From: Candidatus Parcubacteria bacterium
GTDB taxonomy: Bacteria > Patescibacteriota > Patescibacteriia > UBA1558 > GWA2-36-10
Assembly: GCA_018664825.1 (NCBI GenBank)
Contig: JABJNO010000002.1
Coordinates: 14,068 to 78,067, forward strand
Length of the DNA stretch: 64,000 bases
Reading direction: 5' to 3'
The translations under genes and the position numbers were made by a program. The number at the start of each line of letters is the position of its first letter. Position 1 is the stretch's first letter. Below the pieces are notes generated by a model. It was not told the DNA's origin and made no database searches. It was given only the letters and a program-made list of their open reading frames with translations. Positions 37,763 to 49,002 of this stretch are shown in pieces.

Positions 37763-38299
37763 TCAATCGCGTCGTGAATGGATACAACCACAATAATTTT
37801 GACGATAGAAGCCCTCTTCTCGGGACATGCTACAGGCTATTTTGTATCCTTCCTGTTTTTTCCAATCACGATCCACAAAATCTATACCGTATTCTTCTTC
37901 TAGCTGTTTTCCGATATCAGATATTTTTTGATAATTTTTGTGTGGGCTGATAGAAAGTGATGTTGCCCACGCATCGTACCCGAGCTCTTTGGCTTTTTGG
38001 ATTGTTCCTCGCAAACGAATCCCAAAGCAAACATCGCAACGCTTACCTTTTTCTGGCTCGTGCTCGAGTCCCTTGGTCTTATCAAACCAATTGGCAGTAT
38101 CATACTCACCTTCTATAAATTCTATATTATTCTTATCAAGATATTTTTGAATTTCATTTTTTCTTGCAAGAAATTCTTTGCGAGGATGAATATTTGGATT
38201 AAAATAATAAACAGTTACCTCAAAATCTCTTGATAACTGTTCTATTACGTATATGACACAAGGTCCACAACAAGTATGTAAAAGTAATTTTGCTTTCAT
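37763..38299 (-). CDS. queH: Epoxyqueuosine reductase QueH (DUF208)
   Basis: LLHTCCGPC, CDVCFGIRL and QNYCGCIHS cysteine motifs diagnostic of QueH; 178 aa. Confidence 0.8.
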   Translation of the reverse strand: MKAKLLLHTCCGPCVIYVIEQLSRDFEVTVYYFNPNIHPRKEFLARKNEIQKYLDKNNIEFIEGEYDTANWFDKTKGLEHEPEKGKRCDVCFGIRLRGTIQKAKELGYDAWATSLSISPHKNYQKISDIGKQLEEEYGIDFVDRDWKKQEGYKIACSMSREEGFYRQNYCGCIHSRRD

Positions 38300-38300
38300 C

Positions 38301-39326
38301 TTAAAATAATTGATTCTGCTCTTTTTCTTGATTTTTGGTGGCTTCTAGATATTCATAAGTTTTTTCAGTGGCTACTCTGCCCTTGGAAGTTCGTGACAAA
38401 AATCCAAGTTGCATCAAATATGGTTCAAATATTTCTTCGATAGTACCTGATTCTTCTTGTAGGGCGGCAGCTAAGGTACCTATTCCTACTGGACCACCAG
38501 CAAAATTTTCTACCAATACCTTGAGTAGCTTTCTATCTAGATCATCCAAGCCGTGTTTATCTATGGCCATAAGATTCAAGGCTTTTTTGGTGACATCCAA
38601 AGATACATCTCCACCCGCTTTGACCTGAGCATAATCTCTAACTCTTTTTAAAATACGGTTAGCAATACGAGGAGTAGCTCTACTACGACTAGCAATCTCC
38701 ATTTGAGCTTGACCTTCTATTGGCACAGCCAAAATATCAGCTGATCTTTTTACTATATCCGCTAGCTCATCATGATCATAAAAATTGAGTCTAAATGTCA
38801 CTCCAAATCTGTCTCGAAGTGGTGATGAAATAAGATTGTATCTAGTGGTTGCACCAATGATTGTAAATCTTGGTAAATCCAATCTAAGAATCTGAGCTGA
38901 CGGACCTTTGCCGAGGATAATATCAAGTGCAAAATCTTCCATGGCTGGATAAAGTATTTCTTCAATGGTTTTGTTTAATCTGTGTATCTCATCAATAAAT
39001 AAAATATCTCCATCTTGTAAATTTGTAATGATGGCCGCCAAATCACCAGCTTTTGATATAGCTGGGCCAGAAGTGACCTTGATGCCCACTCCCATTTCCT
39101 TGGCTATGATGTGAGCTAGGGTAGTTTTACCAAGTCCAGGAGGTCCAAACAATAAGACATGGTCAACAGCTTCTTTTCTTTCTTTGGCAGCTCTCAATAC
39201 AATATCAAGATTGGCCTTTATTTTTGTTTGGCCTATGTATTCATCCAAAGTCTGAGGCCTTAGAGTCAGGTCCCAGGTTTTGTCATTATTTTGCTCACTA
39301 GCTGATATTATACGTTCTTCATCCAT
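38301..39326 (-). CDS. ruvB: Holliday junction branch-migration helicase RuvB
   Basis: [12 protein letters not shown]..., Walker [15 protein letters not shown], 341 aa. Confidence 0.9.
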   Translation of the reverse strand: MDEERIISASEQNNDKTWDLTLRPQTLDEYIGQTKIKANLDIVLRAAKERKEAVDHVLLFGPPGLGKTTLAHIIAKEMGVGIKVTSGPAISKAGDLAAIITNLQDGDILFIDEIHRLNKTIEEILYPAMEDFALDIILGKGPSAQILRLDLPRFTIIGATTRYNLISSPLRDRFGVTFRLNFYDHDELADIVKRSADILAVPIEGQAQMEIASRSRATPRIANRILKRVRDYAQVKAGGDVSLDVTKKALNLMAIDKHGLDDLDRKLLKVLVENFAGGPVGIGTLAAALQEESGTIEEIFEPYLMQLGFLSRTSKGRVATEKTYEYLEATKNQEKEQNQLF

Positions 39327-39400
39327 AGTATTTACAAGATTATCACTAATTTTAAAGATTTACAAGCAATAAAAAATCCCCGTATAGACGGGGATTTTTG

Positions 39401-42010
39401 TTATATAAATGTTACAGAAGATACTTTATCATCTTGATCCTTGAATCTCATCAATCTCACACCCTGGGTCGCTCGACCCAAGACATTTACTGATTTGAGA
39501 GGCAATCTGATGACTTGTCCTTTTTTGGAAATAATAATCATATCCTCACCCTCTAATTTTGTGCTAATAATCTTGGCAGAGGCAAGATCTCCAGTTTTGG
39601 CGGTCACTTGAGCTGTTTTGATGCCACTACCTCCTCTGCCCTGGACTTTGTAGGCAGACAAAGAAGTACGTTTACCAAATCCATTGTCAGTCACAACCAG
39701 TAGTTGCTCTTCTTTACCAACCTTTCCATCTGGCACTATATCTACTCCGATTACCAAATCTTCTTTTTTCAAACGGATAGCTCTGACACCTCCAGCTGAT
39801 CTACCCATAGCTCTGACATTTTTTTCTTTAAAGCGTATAGCTTGACCCTTGATGGTGGCTAACACTATATCATCACCTCCGGTAGATGGCTTGACCCAGT
39901 TTAGAGTATCATCACCTTTTAGGTTGATGGCAATTAGCCCAGAACGTCGAACGTTTGCAAATTGTTCAACGGCTACTCTTTTGATATTACCTTTTTTGGT
40001 AGCCATGACCAAAAATTTGAAATCATCAAAATCTTCGCTTTGCAATATTCCAGAAACTTTTTCTTCTGGAGAAAGTTGTAAGAAGTTTACGATATTTTGT
40101 CCCTTTGATGTCCTTGATTGAGAAGGTACCTCATAAGCCTTGAGTCGGAATACACGTCCTCGACTTGTAAAGAACATCAAGTCAGCATGAGTATTGGTAG
40201 TAAAAAATAAATGTACTTCATCTTGCTCTTTGGTAGTAAGTCCCATGACTCCTTTTCCACCTCTACTCTGAGTACGGAAAGTCTCGGGAGCAATACGTTT
40301 GATATAGCCATCATGAGTCATCAATATCACAGCTGCTTCATTTGGAATCAAATCCTCTGTGGTCATCTTATCAACCGCTGATTTGACCACCTTGGTTCTT
40401 CTTTCATCGGCAAACTTATCTCTAATCTCAGAAAGCTCAGTACTGATAATTTCCAAAACTTTTTTCTTACTCTTTAGAATTGCTTCCAATTCTTTGATGA
40501 GTTTTAATTTTTCTTTTAGCTCATCTTCAATCTTGAGTCTTTCCAAATTAGCCAAACTTTGTAGCTTCATTTCCAAAATAGCTACAGCCTGACGTTCAGA
40601 AAGTTTAAATTTCTTCATCAAATTTGTCTTGGCGATTTCTTTGTCTTTGGAAGCCTTGATAGTCTTGATGATTGCATCAATTTTGTCTAAAGCTTTTTTC
40701 AAACCTTCCAAAATATGCGCCCTATCTTTGGCTTTATCAAGTTCAAATTGAGTTCTACGCACCACGACACTTTGACGATGTTTTATATACTCTTCCAAAA
40801 TTGATTTTAGATTTAAAACTCTAGGTTGAATGCCGTCTATCAGAGCCAGCATATTGACGTGAAATTTTTCCTGAAGTTGAGTATGTTTATACAAGTTGTT
40901 TAAAACTTTTTTGGGATAAGCATCTTTTTTGAGATCCACTACAATTCTGACTCCATCTCTATCTGACTCATCTCTCAAATCTCTGATGCCATCCATTTTT
41001 TTATCTTTCACCAAATTGGCAATTTTTTCCAAAAGATTGGCTTTGTTTACTTGAAAAGGAATAGAAGAAGCTATAATTTGAAAGTAACCTGCTTTTTGCT
41101 CAATAATTTCTGCTTCTCCACGAACAACAATGCCGCCTTTACCAGTGGCATAGGCTGTTTTTATGTCTTCTATATTATAAATTACTCCTCCAGTTGGAAA
41201 ATCTGGTCCTTTGACGATATCCGTCAAATCATCTAGACCCGCATCTGGATTCTCTATTAATAAATGCACTGCATCAATCAATTCTCCCAAGTTGTGCGGT
41301 GGGATACTAGTAGCCATACCAACTGCAATACCAGTGGTACCGTTGAGTAATAGGTTTGGTAATTTGGCTGGTAATACCCTTGGCTCTTTATGTGAACCAT
41401 CATAGTTTGGTACAAAATCAACTGTATTTTTATCGATATCAATTATAAGCTCTTCTGCTAGTGCTTGTAGTTTTGCCTCGGTATAACGCATAGCCGCTGG
41501 ATTATCTCCATCCATAGAACCGAAGTTACCCTGACCATTTACAAGCATATAACGCATAGAAAAATCCTGCGCCATCCTAGCCATAGAATTGTAAACCGCA
41601 AGATCACCATGTGGATGATATTTACCCAAAACTTCACCGACTACAGTCGCTGATTTTCTAAATTTAGCATTATGCTTCAAGCCTATGCGCCACATCGCAT
41701 AAAGAATACGACGATGGACTGGTTTGAGACCATCTCGAACATCGGGTAAAGCACGAGAAACAATTACGCTCATCGCATAATCAATATAAGAACTCTCCAT
41801 CTCTTCTACAATGGACAATGGCTCAACTGTTCCTTGATTATTCTTGATTACTACTTCTGGTTTTTCCTTTACCTCTGTCTCTGCTTTAGCAGTGGCTTTT
41901 TTTGGTTTGGTTTCCTCGGTAGTTTTCTTTGTTGTTTTTTTGATCGGTTTCTTGCTGGTTGGTTTTTTTGGCATATTATTCTTCATCATCATTATTTGTG
42001 TCGCCATCAT
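39401..42010 (-). CDS. gyrA: DNA gyrase subunit A (or topoisomerase IV ParC-type) with a ~60-aa lysine-rich N-terminal extension
   Basis: Active-site region [21 protein letters not shown] and a C-terminal beta-pinwheel repeat region. The start codon is uncertain (several in-frame ATGs at 41972-42010). Confidence 0.85.
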   Translation of the reverse strand: MMATQIMMMKNNMPKKPTSKKPIKKTTKKTTEETKPKKATAKAETEVKEKPEVVIKNNQGTVEPLSIVEEMESSYIDYAMSVIVSRALPDVRDGLKPVHRRILYAMWRIGLKHNAKFRKSATVVGEVLGKYHPHGDLAVYNSMARMAQDFSMRYMLVNGQGNFGSMDGDNPAAMRYTEAKLQALAEELIIDIDKNTVDFVPNYDGSHKEPRVLPAKLPNLLLNGTTGIAVGMATSIPPHNLGELIDAVHLLIENPDAGLDDLTDIVKGPDFPTGGVIYNIEDIKTAYATGKGGIVVRGEAEIIEQKAGYFQIIASSIPFQVNKANLLEKIANLVKDKKMDGIRDLRDESDRDGVRIVVDLKKDAYPKKVLNNLYKHTQLQEKFHVNMLALIDGIQPRVLNLKSILEEYIKHRQSVVVRRTQFELDKAKDRAHILEGLKKALDKIDAIIKTIKASKDKEIAKTNLMKKFKLSERQAVAILEMKLQSLANLERLKIEDELKEKLKLIKELEAILKSKKKVLEIISTELSEIRDKFADERRTKVVKSAVDKMTTEDLIPNEAAVILMTHDGYIKRIAPETFRTQSRGGKGVMGLTTKEQDEVHLFFTTNTHADLMFFTSRGRVFRLKAYEVPSQSRTSKGQNIVNFLQLSPEEKVSGILQSEDFDDFKFLVMATKKGNIKRVAVEQFANVRRSGLIAINLKGDDTLNWVKPSTGGDDIVLATIKGQAIRFKEKNVRAMGRSAGGVRAIRLKKEDLVIGVDIVPDGKVGKEEQLLVVTDNGFGKRTSLSAYKVQGRGGSGIKTAQVTAKTGDLASAKIISTKLEGEDMIIISKKGQVIRLPLKSVNVLGRATQGVRLMRFKDQDDKVSSVTFI

Positions 42011-42320
42011 CAGTTGATGTGGCCTTGTTATCTAAATATTCTTGAGTACTATCTAATAGCTCTTGTTGTTTTTGCTGTCTGGCAAAATCTTCTGGAAATT
42101 CAGATATTTTATCTAGCCCTATCTCCAGATCGGTGCCGACAATATCAAGAGTCTTACTACCCTCATCGATTACATCTGTCCAAGCCTCCGAAGGCTGACC
42201 AGTGTATGCACGTTTGAGAGGATTAAACTCCCACCATTGCCAAAAAATAGTAGCAAAAAATATAATCACCAGAAATACCATCAAAAATATTTTACCTGGG
42301 TTGTTTTCTAAAAAAATCAT
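41976..42320 (-). CDS. Small protein: one TM helix plus an acidic C-terminal tail (hypothetical)
   Basis: 114-aa ORF just upstream of gyrA on the same strand. C-terminus [13 protein letters not shown]. Confidence 0.3.
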   Translation of the reverse strand: MIFLENNPGKIFLMVFLVIIFFATIFWQWWEFNPLKRAYTGQPSEAWTDVIDEGSKTLDIVGTDLEIGLDKISEFPEDFARQQKQQELLDSTQEYLDNKATSTDDGDTNNDDEE

Positions 42321-42925
42321 TTTTGTGATTTTAATATAATTAATTTTACATCTTCAGTTTGAAGATCTTTCTTGTTTATTTTTATTTTGTCCAATTCTTC
42401 TGCCTTGCCACCAAACTCTTTTATAAAAATAGACACATCATCAAGCTTCATCTTACTAGGATTGTCTGCGTGACAACTAGGTATCACTATCCGTGGCTCT
42501 ATTTGATTGACAATACGAATTGCTTCTTTGGCACTAGTCAGGTCTCCGCCACCTACAGGTAAAATCAAAACATCCACTCCTTCGATAAGTTCCAGGTCAC
42601 TATTTTCTAATTCATGATGACCAAACTCACCTAAAAAGGCTATTTTGATTCCTTCGAAGTTTATAAGATAGCAAAGGTGCTTACGAATATTTTTACCATA
42701 AACAAAGATGTCATTCTTTTCGTACTCACCTTGAGAATCAATAACTAGTGTTTGATTGTCTAAATATTTTTTTATTTCCGGTCTATTGGGATCAGAAAAT
42801 AAAACTAAATCTTTTTTTACCTTACTAAAAGTAGTCTTTTCGTCCAGGCTGTATGGATTTAAGATTAGGGAATGGCTAGTATTTTGAAACTTGAAATAAT
42901 TGAATCCAAACCAAGAAATTGTCAT
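42317..42925 (-). CDS. MBL-fold metal-dependent hydrolase
   Basis: MTISWFGFN start and the histidine-rich region FLGEFGHHELE...VDVLILPVGGG, typical of small MBL-fold hydrolases. The longer ORF-track extension is probably non-coding. Confidence 0.5.
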   Translation of the reverse strand: MTISWFGFNYFKFQNTSHSLILNPYSLDEKTTFSKVKKDLVLFSDPNRPEIKKYLDNQTLVIDSQGEYEKNDIFVYGKNIRKHLCYLINFEGIKIAFLGEFGHHELENSDLELIEGVDVLILPVGGGDLTSAKEAIRIVNQIEPRIVIPSCHADNPSKMKLDDVSIFIKEFGGKAEELDKIKINKKDLQTEDVKLIILKSQK

Positions 42926-43185
42926 ATTTTTTATCGTTATTTTTAGTATTTTAAACGTTCTTATTTTAGCATAAAAACACCTGAAAGTAAAGCTAAATAT
43001 GGGTATAAAGTCCTTTAAAAATAGGGTTTTTTTGCTCCATTTTCTGGATTTTAGCAAATATCCTCCTAGGTCTTGATTTATTTTTAGGTTTATGGTAATG
43101 TAAGGCAGCATTTAATAAGTTTTCTCGAGCTAAACACACAACTCGAGGGCTCAAGGCTAAGCCTTGGGATAAATATTAATAATTA

Positions 43186-44568
43186 ATGTCAGATGAAAAA
43201 ACAGTCGACCAAAATTCTGCAATGGACGACTTACTAAAGAAGAGCGACGAAATAAACATTCCTAAAAGAGGAGATCTAGTAGAAGGTGCTATAATAAGTA
43301 TCTCTAAAAACGAAATTTATATTGATCTCGCAGGTATCACTACCGGTATTGTACGTGGTAGAGAAATCTACGATGAATCAGAAGAATCATCAAACCTAAA
43401 GCTTGGTGACAAAGCCAGTGCTACTGTTGTCGGATTAGACAATGAAAATGGCTACATGGAATTATCTTTCCGTGAAGCTGGGCATAAAAAAGCTTGGGAT
43501 AATCTTGAAAAACTTTATAAAGAAGGAAACATTGTTGATAGTAAAGTTATTGATGCCAATAAAGGTGGCTTGATGATAAAACTAGGTAATGTAGTAGGAT
43601 TTTTACCTGTTTCACAATTGACTATAGAACACTACCCTCGTATCGAAGGTGGTGATAAAAATAAAATTCTCGCTCATCTAAAGAGCTTCGTCAGTGATGT
43701 ATTGAAGACAAAAATCATTGATGTAAATGAGAAAGAAGAAAAACTCATCGTCTCAGAAAAAGCTGCTTGGGATGATAAACAAAAGAAAGTTGTATCAAAA
43801 TACAAAGTTGGTGAAAAAGTAAAAGGAAGAGTTACTGGTGTTGTTGATTTTGGTGCTTTTGTAGAGTTTGGCGACAACCTAGAAGGTTTGGTCCATATCT
43901 CAGAACTTGCTTGGCAACGTATTGATGATCCACGTGATATAATAAAAGTAGGCGATATCGTAGAAGCTGAAATTATTGATATTGAAAATACCAAAATTTC
44001 ACTTTCAATGAAAAAATTGAAAGAAGATCCTTGGACAAACGTAGAAAAGAAATACAAAGTTGGACAAACAGTAAAAGGCCTAGTACTCAAAGTAAATCCT
44101 TTTGGTGCTTTTGTAGAGCTAGACAATGATATCCATGGTTTGGTACATATTTCTGAGCTTAGCAACAAAAAAGTAAATGATCCTGAAAATTTAGTAGCAG
44201 TAGATAATGAATATAAATTTACTATTCTTTCTATAGAGCCCAAAAATCATAGACTTGGTTTATCTCTAAAAACCGACAAAAAATCAAAAGACGACAAGAA
44301 GGATTCCGAGGATAAAAAAGATTCTAAAAAGTCTGATGATAAAAAAGAAGTAAAAGAAGATAAGGCCAAAGAAAAAGATACCAAGAAAGACGACAAGAAG
44401 GATTCCGAGGATAAAAAAGATTCTAAAAAGTCTGATGATAAAAAAGAAGTAAAAGAAGATAAAGAATCATCTACCCCTAAGGCTGAAAAAGAAGATAAGG
44501 CCAAAGAAAAAGATACCAAGAAAGACGACAAGAAGGATTCCGAGGATAAAGAAGACTCTAAAAAATAA
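43186..44568 (+). CDS. rpsA: 30S ribosomal protein S1 (4 S1 domains) with a C-terminal K/D/E-rich low-complexity repeat tail
   Basis: Repeated S1 motifs (GDLVEGAIISISKNEIYIDL, GEKVKGRVTGVVDFGAFVEF, GQTVKGLVLKVNPFGAFVEL). Confidence 0.85.
   Translation: MSDEKTVDQNSAMDDLLKKSDEINIPKRGDLVEGAIISISKNEIYIDLAGITTGIVRGREIYDESEESSNLKLGDKASATVVGLDNENGYMELSFREAGHKKAWDNLEKLYKEGNIVDSKVIDANKGGLMIKLGNVVGFLPVSQLTIEHYPRIEGGDKNKILAHLKSFVSDVLKTKIIDVNEKEEKLIVSEKAAWDDKQKKVVSKYKVGEKVKGRVTGVVDFGAFVEFGDNLEGLVHISELAWQRIDDPRDIIKVGDIVEAEIIDIENTKISLSMKKLKEDPWTNVEKKYKVGQTVKGLVLKVNPFGAFVELDNDIHGLVHISELSNKKVNDPENLVAVDNEYKFTILSIEPKNHRLGLSLKTDKKSKDDKKDSEDKKDSKKSDDKKEVKEDKAKEKDTKKDDKKDSEDKKDSKKSDDKKEVKEDKESSTPKAEKEDKAKEKDTKKDDKKDSEDKEDSKK
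44290..44568 (+). repeat. Imperfect about 99-nt tandem repeat (about 2.5 copies) encoding a KDDKKDSEDKKDSKKSDDKKEVKEDKAKEKDTKK tail of S1
   Basis: Copies of gacgacaagaaggattccgaggataaaaaagattctaaaaagtctgatgat... begin at 44290, 44389 and 44524. The third copy carries a 36-nt insertion. Confidence 0.7.
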
Positions 44569-44590
44569 ATCAAATAATTAAATTTGAAAT

Positions 44591-46399
44591 ATGAAGGAAA
44601 TATTAAAAAAGTTTGCAATCTTTTTCCTGTTTTTTGCAATTATTGCAGCTATATTTAGTTTTTTTAGCCAAGAAAATGAAGACATTAATGAAATTAGTGT
44701 CGCTGCCTTGGTTTCAGAAATAAAAAATAACGAAGTCGAGTCAATCCAGATATCTGGAAACGAACTTGATATAACTCTAAAAAACGAAGAAAAACAGTTT
44801 AGTAAAAAAGAAACTGGTGAATCTTTGACTACGGTACTCAAAAACTATGACGTACCAGCAGAAACAATTGCTGGTATTGATATAAAAGTTGGTGATGAAC
44901 CAAGCTCTGGTATGTTTGTTAGTACCATCTTACCTTTTGTTATACCTGCTTTGTTTATTATTGCTTTGATCTGGTTTATGCTACGCCAAGTACAAGGTGT
45001 AAACAACCGAGCTATGACTTTTGGACAAAGTGGAGCCAAAACAGCCAATCAACAAAAAAATAAAGTTAGCTTCAAAGATGTAGCTGGAGCCCACGAAGCC
45101 AAAGAGGATCTTTTGGAAATTGTAGAGTTTTTGAAACATCCACAAAAGTTTGTCACTATGGGTGCCAAGATTCCAAAAGGAGTTTTACTTTTGGGCTCAC
45201 CTGGTACTGGTAAGACATTACTTGCTCGTGCTACCTCCGGTGAAGCCAAGGTGCCTTTTTTCCATATCTCTGGTTCTGAGTTTGTAGAGATGTTTGTCGG
45301 TGTTGGCGCTAGTCGTGTAAGAGACTTGTTCAAAAAAGCCAAAAAAACTGCACCGTGTATTATATTTATAGATGAAATTGATGCTGTCGGTCGCCAACGT
45401 GGCGCTGGACTAGGTGGCTCTCATGATGAAAGAGAGCAAACCCTAAACCAAATCTTGGTTGAGATGGACGGTTTTGACAATGAAACAAATGTAATAATTT
45501 TAGCGGCCACAAATAGACCTGACGTACTAGACCCTGCTCTACTTCGCCCAGGACGTTTTGACAGACAAGTAATAATTGACCTACCTGACATCAAAGAAAG
45601 AAAAGCAATTTTAGATATCCACGCTAAAGGTAAACCATTGGCCAAAGGTGTTGATCTAAAAGTAGTAGCTCAACGTACACCTGGATTTTCTGGAGCTGAT
45701 CTAGCTAATCTTTTGAACGAAGCCGCTATCATGGCCGCTCGTGATGATAAAAAGGTTATTGATGAACCTACTGTCCTTGATGCCATAGAAAGAGTGTTAC
45801 TTGGTCGTGAAAGACGTAGCCATATATTATCTGAAAAGGAAAAAAAAGTGACCGCTTATCACGAAGCTGGACATGCCCTGGTTGCTCATCTGTTACCAAA
45901 TGCTGACCCTGTCCATAAAGTATCTATTATATCTCGTGGACGAGCAGCTGGCTATACTATCAACCTTCCAAAAGAAGACAAAAAGATGAGCACTTACTCT
46001 GACTTTCTAGATCAGATGGCTGTACTACTTGGTGGTTATGCTGCTGAAAAAATATTTTTCAATGAGCTAACAACTGGTGCTAGTGGTGATTTGAAAAAAA
46101 TTACTCACATTGCCCGCCAATTGACTACTCAATTTGGTATGAATGAAAAACTAGGCCCAAGGACTTTTGGTAAAAAAGATGAGATGGTTTTCCTGGGTAA
46201 AGAAATCCATGAAAGCAGAGACTATAGTGAAAAGACTGCCGAGGCTATTGATGAGGAAATATCAAAATATATTAACGATGCTCTCAAGACTGCCAATAAG
46301 GTAATTGAAGAAAATAAGGATAAGATAGAAAAGATAGTTGCCGAATTGATGGAAAAAGAAACAATAGAAAAAGATACTTTCAACGAATTACTAAAATAA
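44591..46399 (+). CDS. ftsH: ATP-dependent zinc metalloprotease FtsH
   Basis: AAA Walker [14 protein letters not shown] and zinc-binding [10 protein letters not shown]; 602 aa. Confidence 0.9.
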   Translation: MKEILKKFAIFFLFFAIIAAIFSFFSQENEDINEISVAALVSEIKNNEVESIQISGNELDITLKNEEKQFSKKETGESLTTVLKNYDVPAETIAGIDIKVGDEPSSGMFVSTILPFVIPALFIIALIWFMLRQVQGVNNRAMTFGQSGAKTANQQKNKVSFKDVAGAHEAKEDLLEIVEFLKHPQKFVTMGAKIPKGVLLLGSPGTGKTLLARATSGEAKVPFFHISGSEFVEMFVGVGASRVRDLFKKAKKTAPCIIFIDEIDAVGRQRGAGLGGSHDEREQTLNQILVEMDGFDNETNVIILAATNRPDVLDPALLRPGRFDRQVIIDLPDIKERKAILDIHAKGKPLAKGVDLKVVAQRTPGFSGADLANLLNEAAIMAARDDKKVIDEPTVLDAIERVLLGRERRSHILSEKEKKVTAYHEAGHALVAHLLPNADPVHKVSIISRGRAAGYTINLPKEDKKMSTYSDFLDQMAVLLGGYAAEKIFFNELTTGASGDLKKITHIARQLTTQFGMNEKLGPRTFGKKDEMVFLGKEIHESRDYSEKTAEAIDEEISKYINDALKTANKVIEENKDKIEKIVAELMEKETIEKDTFNELLK

Positions 46400-46402
46400 A
46401 CA

Positions 46403-46427
46403 AACGCCTCCACTCGGAGGCGTTTTT
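46403..46427 (+). terminator. Intrinsic terminator after ftsH
   Basis: Perfect 9-bp stem aacgcctcc/ggaggcgtt, loop actc, ttttt. Confidence 0.8.
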
Positions 46428-46460
46428 GATTTATTTAAAATATTCCGCTAAACTATATAT

Positions 46461-46889
46461 ATGAAAAAAGGACAAGACTATACTGGTGTGACAATCGTAT
46501 ATTTTTGCCATGATGGTAAAGGTAATTTTCTGATGTCCAAGAGGTCTACCAACTGCCGAGATGAACATGGTTGTTGGGATCCTGGTGGTGGTGGATTAGA
46601 ATTTGGTCATGATGTCATAGAGACTTTAAAAAAAGAAATAAAAGAAGAATACTGTACCGATGTATTGGATCATGAATTTCTAGGCTACCGAGATGTCCAT
46701 AGAAAGCACGATGGCAAAAAGACCCATTGGATAGCACTCGACTTCAAGGTACTAGTAGATAAAGATAAAGTAAAAAATGGCGAGCCTCATAAATTTGATG
46801 AAATAGACTGGTTTAAAATAAATAAGCTCCCTAAACCTACTCATTCACAAGTTCCAAAAGCCTTAGAGCTATATAAAGATAACCTGTAA
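46461..46889 (+). CDS. NUDIX hydrolase
   Basis: Nudix box GGGLEFGHDVIETLKKEIKEE (Gx5Ex7REUxEExGU-like). Confidence 0.7.
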   Translation: MKKGQDYTGVTIVYFCHDGKGNFLMSKRSTNCRDEHGCWDPGGGGLEFGHDVIETLKKEIKEEYCTDVLDHEFLGYRDVHRKHDGKKTHWIALDFKVLVDKDKVKNGEPHKFDEIDWFKINKLPKPTHSQVPKALELYKDNL

Positions 46890-46899
46890 TGTAGATAAT

Positions 46900-47988
46900 A
46901 TGAAACTTTTTTCTTCATTAAAAATTTTGGATCTCACGAGAGTTTTTAGCGGACCTTTTGCAACAAGGCACTTTGCTGATTTTGGAGCAGAGGTAATAAA
47001 AATTGAACCACCCAAAGGGGATGACAGTCGCAATTTTCCACCACTCATAAACAACTGGAGTGGTTATTTTGAAATTCTAAATCGAAATAAGAAATCATTG
47101 GTTTTAGATTTGAAAAAAAATAAAGATTTAAATATTTTTTATAATCTTTGTAAATCTAGTGATGTTATTGTTGAAAATTATTCTCCTAAAGTTTCAAAAA
47201 AATTAAAAATAGATTACTCAATCGTCAAAAAAATAAACCCTCATATTGTATACGCCTCTATTGTTGGGGTTAGTGACAATGTAAACAAAAAATACTATGA
47301 CGTTATAGCTCAAGCAGAATCTGGTCTGATATCTCTCAATGGCGAAAAAGAGCATATGAAAATATCTACGTCTATTGTTGATGCCTTTTCTGGAATGAAG
47401 CTTGCATATGCTATATCAAGCGCTCTATATACAAGAGAGAAAACGGGTAATGGATGTAAAATTACTGTTTCCATGAAGGGCTCGGCGTTTGATTTACTTG
47501 AGCAAAATTTGATCGCTACTTCAATTTCAAAACAAAATCCTCCAAAGGTTGGTAATATGGATAATGCAATCGCGCCTTTTGGTTTATTTAAAACAAAAGA
47601 CGGTGCTGTTATTATAGCTATTGGAAATGAAAAGCAATGGAAAATATTTGAAAAATTTTTACAGAAAGAAAATAATTTATTTCCAAAACAATATTTTATA
47701 AATAATCAATTAAGATTAAAAAATATTAAAATATTAAAAGTAGAAATAGAAAAAATATTAAAAAAATATTCATCAAATGACTTTTCTACTATTTTAGATA
47801 AACTTGATATTCCAAATGCAAAAGTAAACACCATGACCGATATTATGGCTGACCAAGAAAATTATGATGAAAAATTATTAGAAAAGTTTAAGCATCCTAT
47901 TGCTGGTACAATAGTCGTACCTACGGGAGGAATCAAATTTTCAAAATTCCATAAAGAAAAATACAAAAAATCACCAGATTTAAAATAA
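46900..47988 (+). CDS. CoA-transferase family III (CaiB/BaiF-like)
   Basis: N-terminal LKILDLTRVFSGPFATRHFADFGAEVIKIEPPKGDDSRNF is the family-III signature region; 362 aa. Confidence 0.65.
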   Translation: MKLFSSLKILDLTRVFSGPFATRHFADFGAEVIKIEPPKGDDSRNFPPLINNWSGYFEILNRNKKSLVLDLKKNKDLNIFYNLCKSSDVIVENYSPKVSKKLKIDYSIVKKINPHIVYASIVGVSDNVNKKYYDVIAQAESGLISLNGEKEHMKISTSIVDAFSGMKLAYAISSALYTREKTGNGCKITVSMKGSAFDLLEQNLIATSISKQNPPKVGNMDNAIAPFGLFKTKDGAVIIAIGNEKQWKIFEKFLQKENNLFPKQYFINNQLRLKNIKILKVEIEKILKKYSSNDFSTILDKLDIPNAKVNTMTDIMADQENYDEKLLEKFKHPIAGTIVVPTGGIKFSKFHKEKYKKSPDLK

Positions 47989-47993
47989 CGACC

Positions 47994-48890
47994 ATGATCT
48001 TTAGAAAATATCTCAATAAAGACACTACGCAAATTATAAATTTACTAAACAACTGTTTTCCTGCCCGAAATATTTCAGCACAATCTTTTGTCTGGAAACA
48101 TTTTGACAAATTTTTTAATGGTCAAACAGAAAGTTACGTCGCAGAAGAAAATGACAATATACGTGCTTTTGTGTGCTTTGTTCCAATATACATTGGCTAT
48201 CAAGAAAATATACTCAATTACTATTCATGTGCAGTACAAGCCACACATCCCGAATACAGGCGACAAGGGCTTATCACCACGCTTACACAAATGGTTGAAA
48301 AAAAAATGGATAAACAAAGCAACTATATTGGTTTCTCAAATTATGAAGGTGTAAAAATTGATAAACATTCTAAAAAAATTAACTACGATATTATTGGACA
48401 AATGTCTACACGGCACGTCTTATCGTTCCCATACAAAACTGACATTAAATTTATAAAAATACAAAAACTTGATTTAGAAACAAAAAACCAACCATATTAT
48501 AGTATACATAAAAATAAAGATTATTTTGTTTGGAGATATGAAAAAAATCCTAAATGTAAATATGAATATTTTGAAATAAAAGAAAAAAAACAAACCATTG
48601 GATATATCATTTACAAAAAGAAAAAAACAAGATTTGAGGTGCAGGAATTAATGCTAATTGAATCTGACTTTGCAAAATATAATAAAATAATAAAAGCATT
48701 TTCCAGATATGCATTATTAAATGGTAAAATTACCACCTCTTACACATATCTTGATAACAATTTTTGGAAAAATGCATTTTCTGGTATTTCTTTCAAAAAA
48801 AATATTGAAATATACCTAACAATTAAAAGTAAGGATAATAATATAAAAAATCTGGAAAAGTGGTTACTACAAAGAGGAGATATCCAATAA
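47994..48890 (+). CDS. Hypothetical protein, GNAT-like acyltransferase fold suspected
   Basis: RRQGLITTL resembles GNAT motif A. Weak call. Confidence 0.35.
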   Translation: MIFRKYLNKDTTQIINLLNNCFPARNISAQSFVWKHFDKFFNGQTESYVAEENDNIRAFVCFVPIYIGYQENILNYYSCAVQATHPEYRRQGLITTLTQMVEKKMDKQSNYIGFSNYEGVKIDKHSKKINYDIIGQMSTRHVLSFPYKTDIKFIKIQKLDLETKNQPYYSIHKNKDYFVWRYEKNPKCKYEYFEIKEKKQTIGYIIYKKKKTRFEVQELMLIESDFAKYNKIIKAFSRYALLNGKITTSYTYLDNNFWKNAFSGISFKKNIEIYLTIKSKDNNIKNLEKWLLQRGDIQ

Positions 48891-48913
48891 CATAAAGATA
48901 AACCCTAATATCA

Positions 48914-48944
48914 AAACTGCCCCTCTTGGCGGTTTTGTTTTTTT
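48914..48944 (+). terminator. Intrinsic terminator
   Basis: Stem aaactgcc/ggcggttt (8 bp, one G.U), 6-nt loop, T-run. Confidence 0.5.
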
Positions 48945-49002
48945 CAAAAAATGTTGTATAATATAGTTAGGAGTGAAAATAAAAATAAATTAAAATAAAA
49001 AT

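Noticed and set aside
43674-44639. Minus-strand ORFs of 130-189 aa (43674-44243 and 44247-44639) that are serine/leucine-rich and repetitive.
   Set aside because: They are antisense to rpsA and its K/D/E repeat tail. The low-complexity antisense reading frames arise from the GAA/AAG-rich repeat and are not genes.
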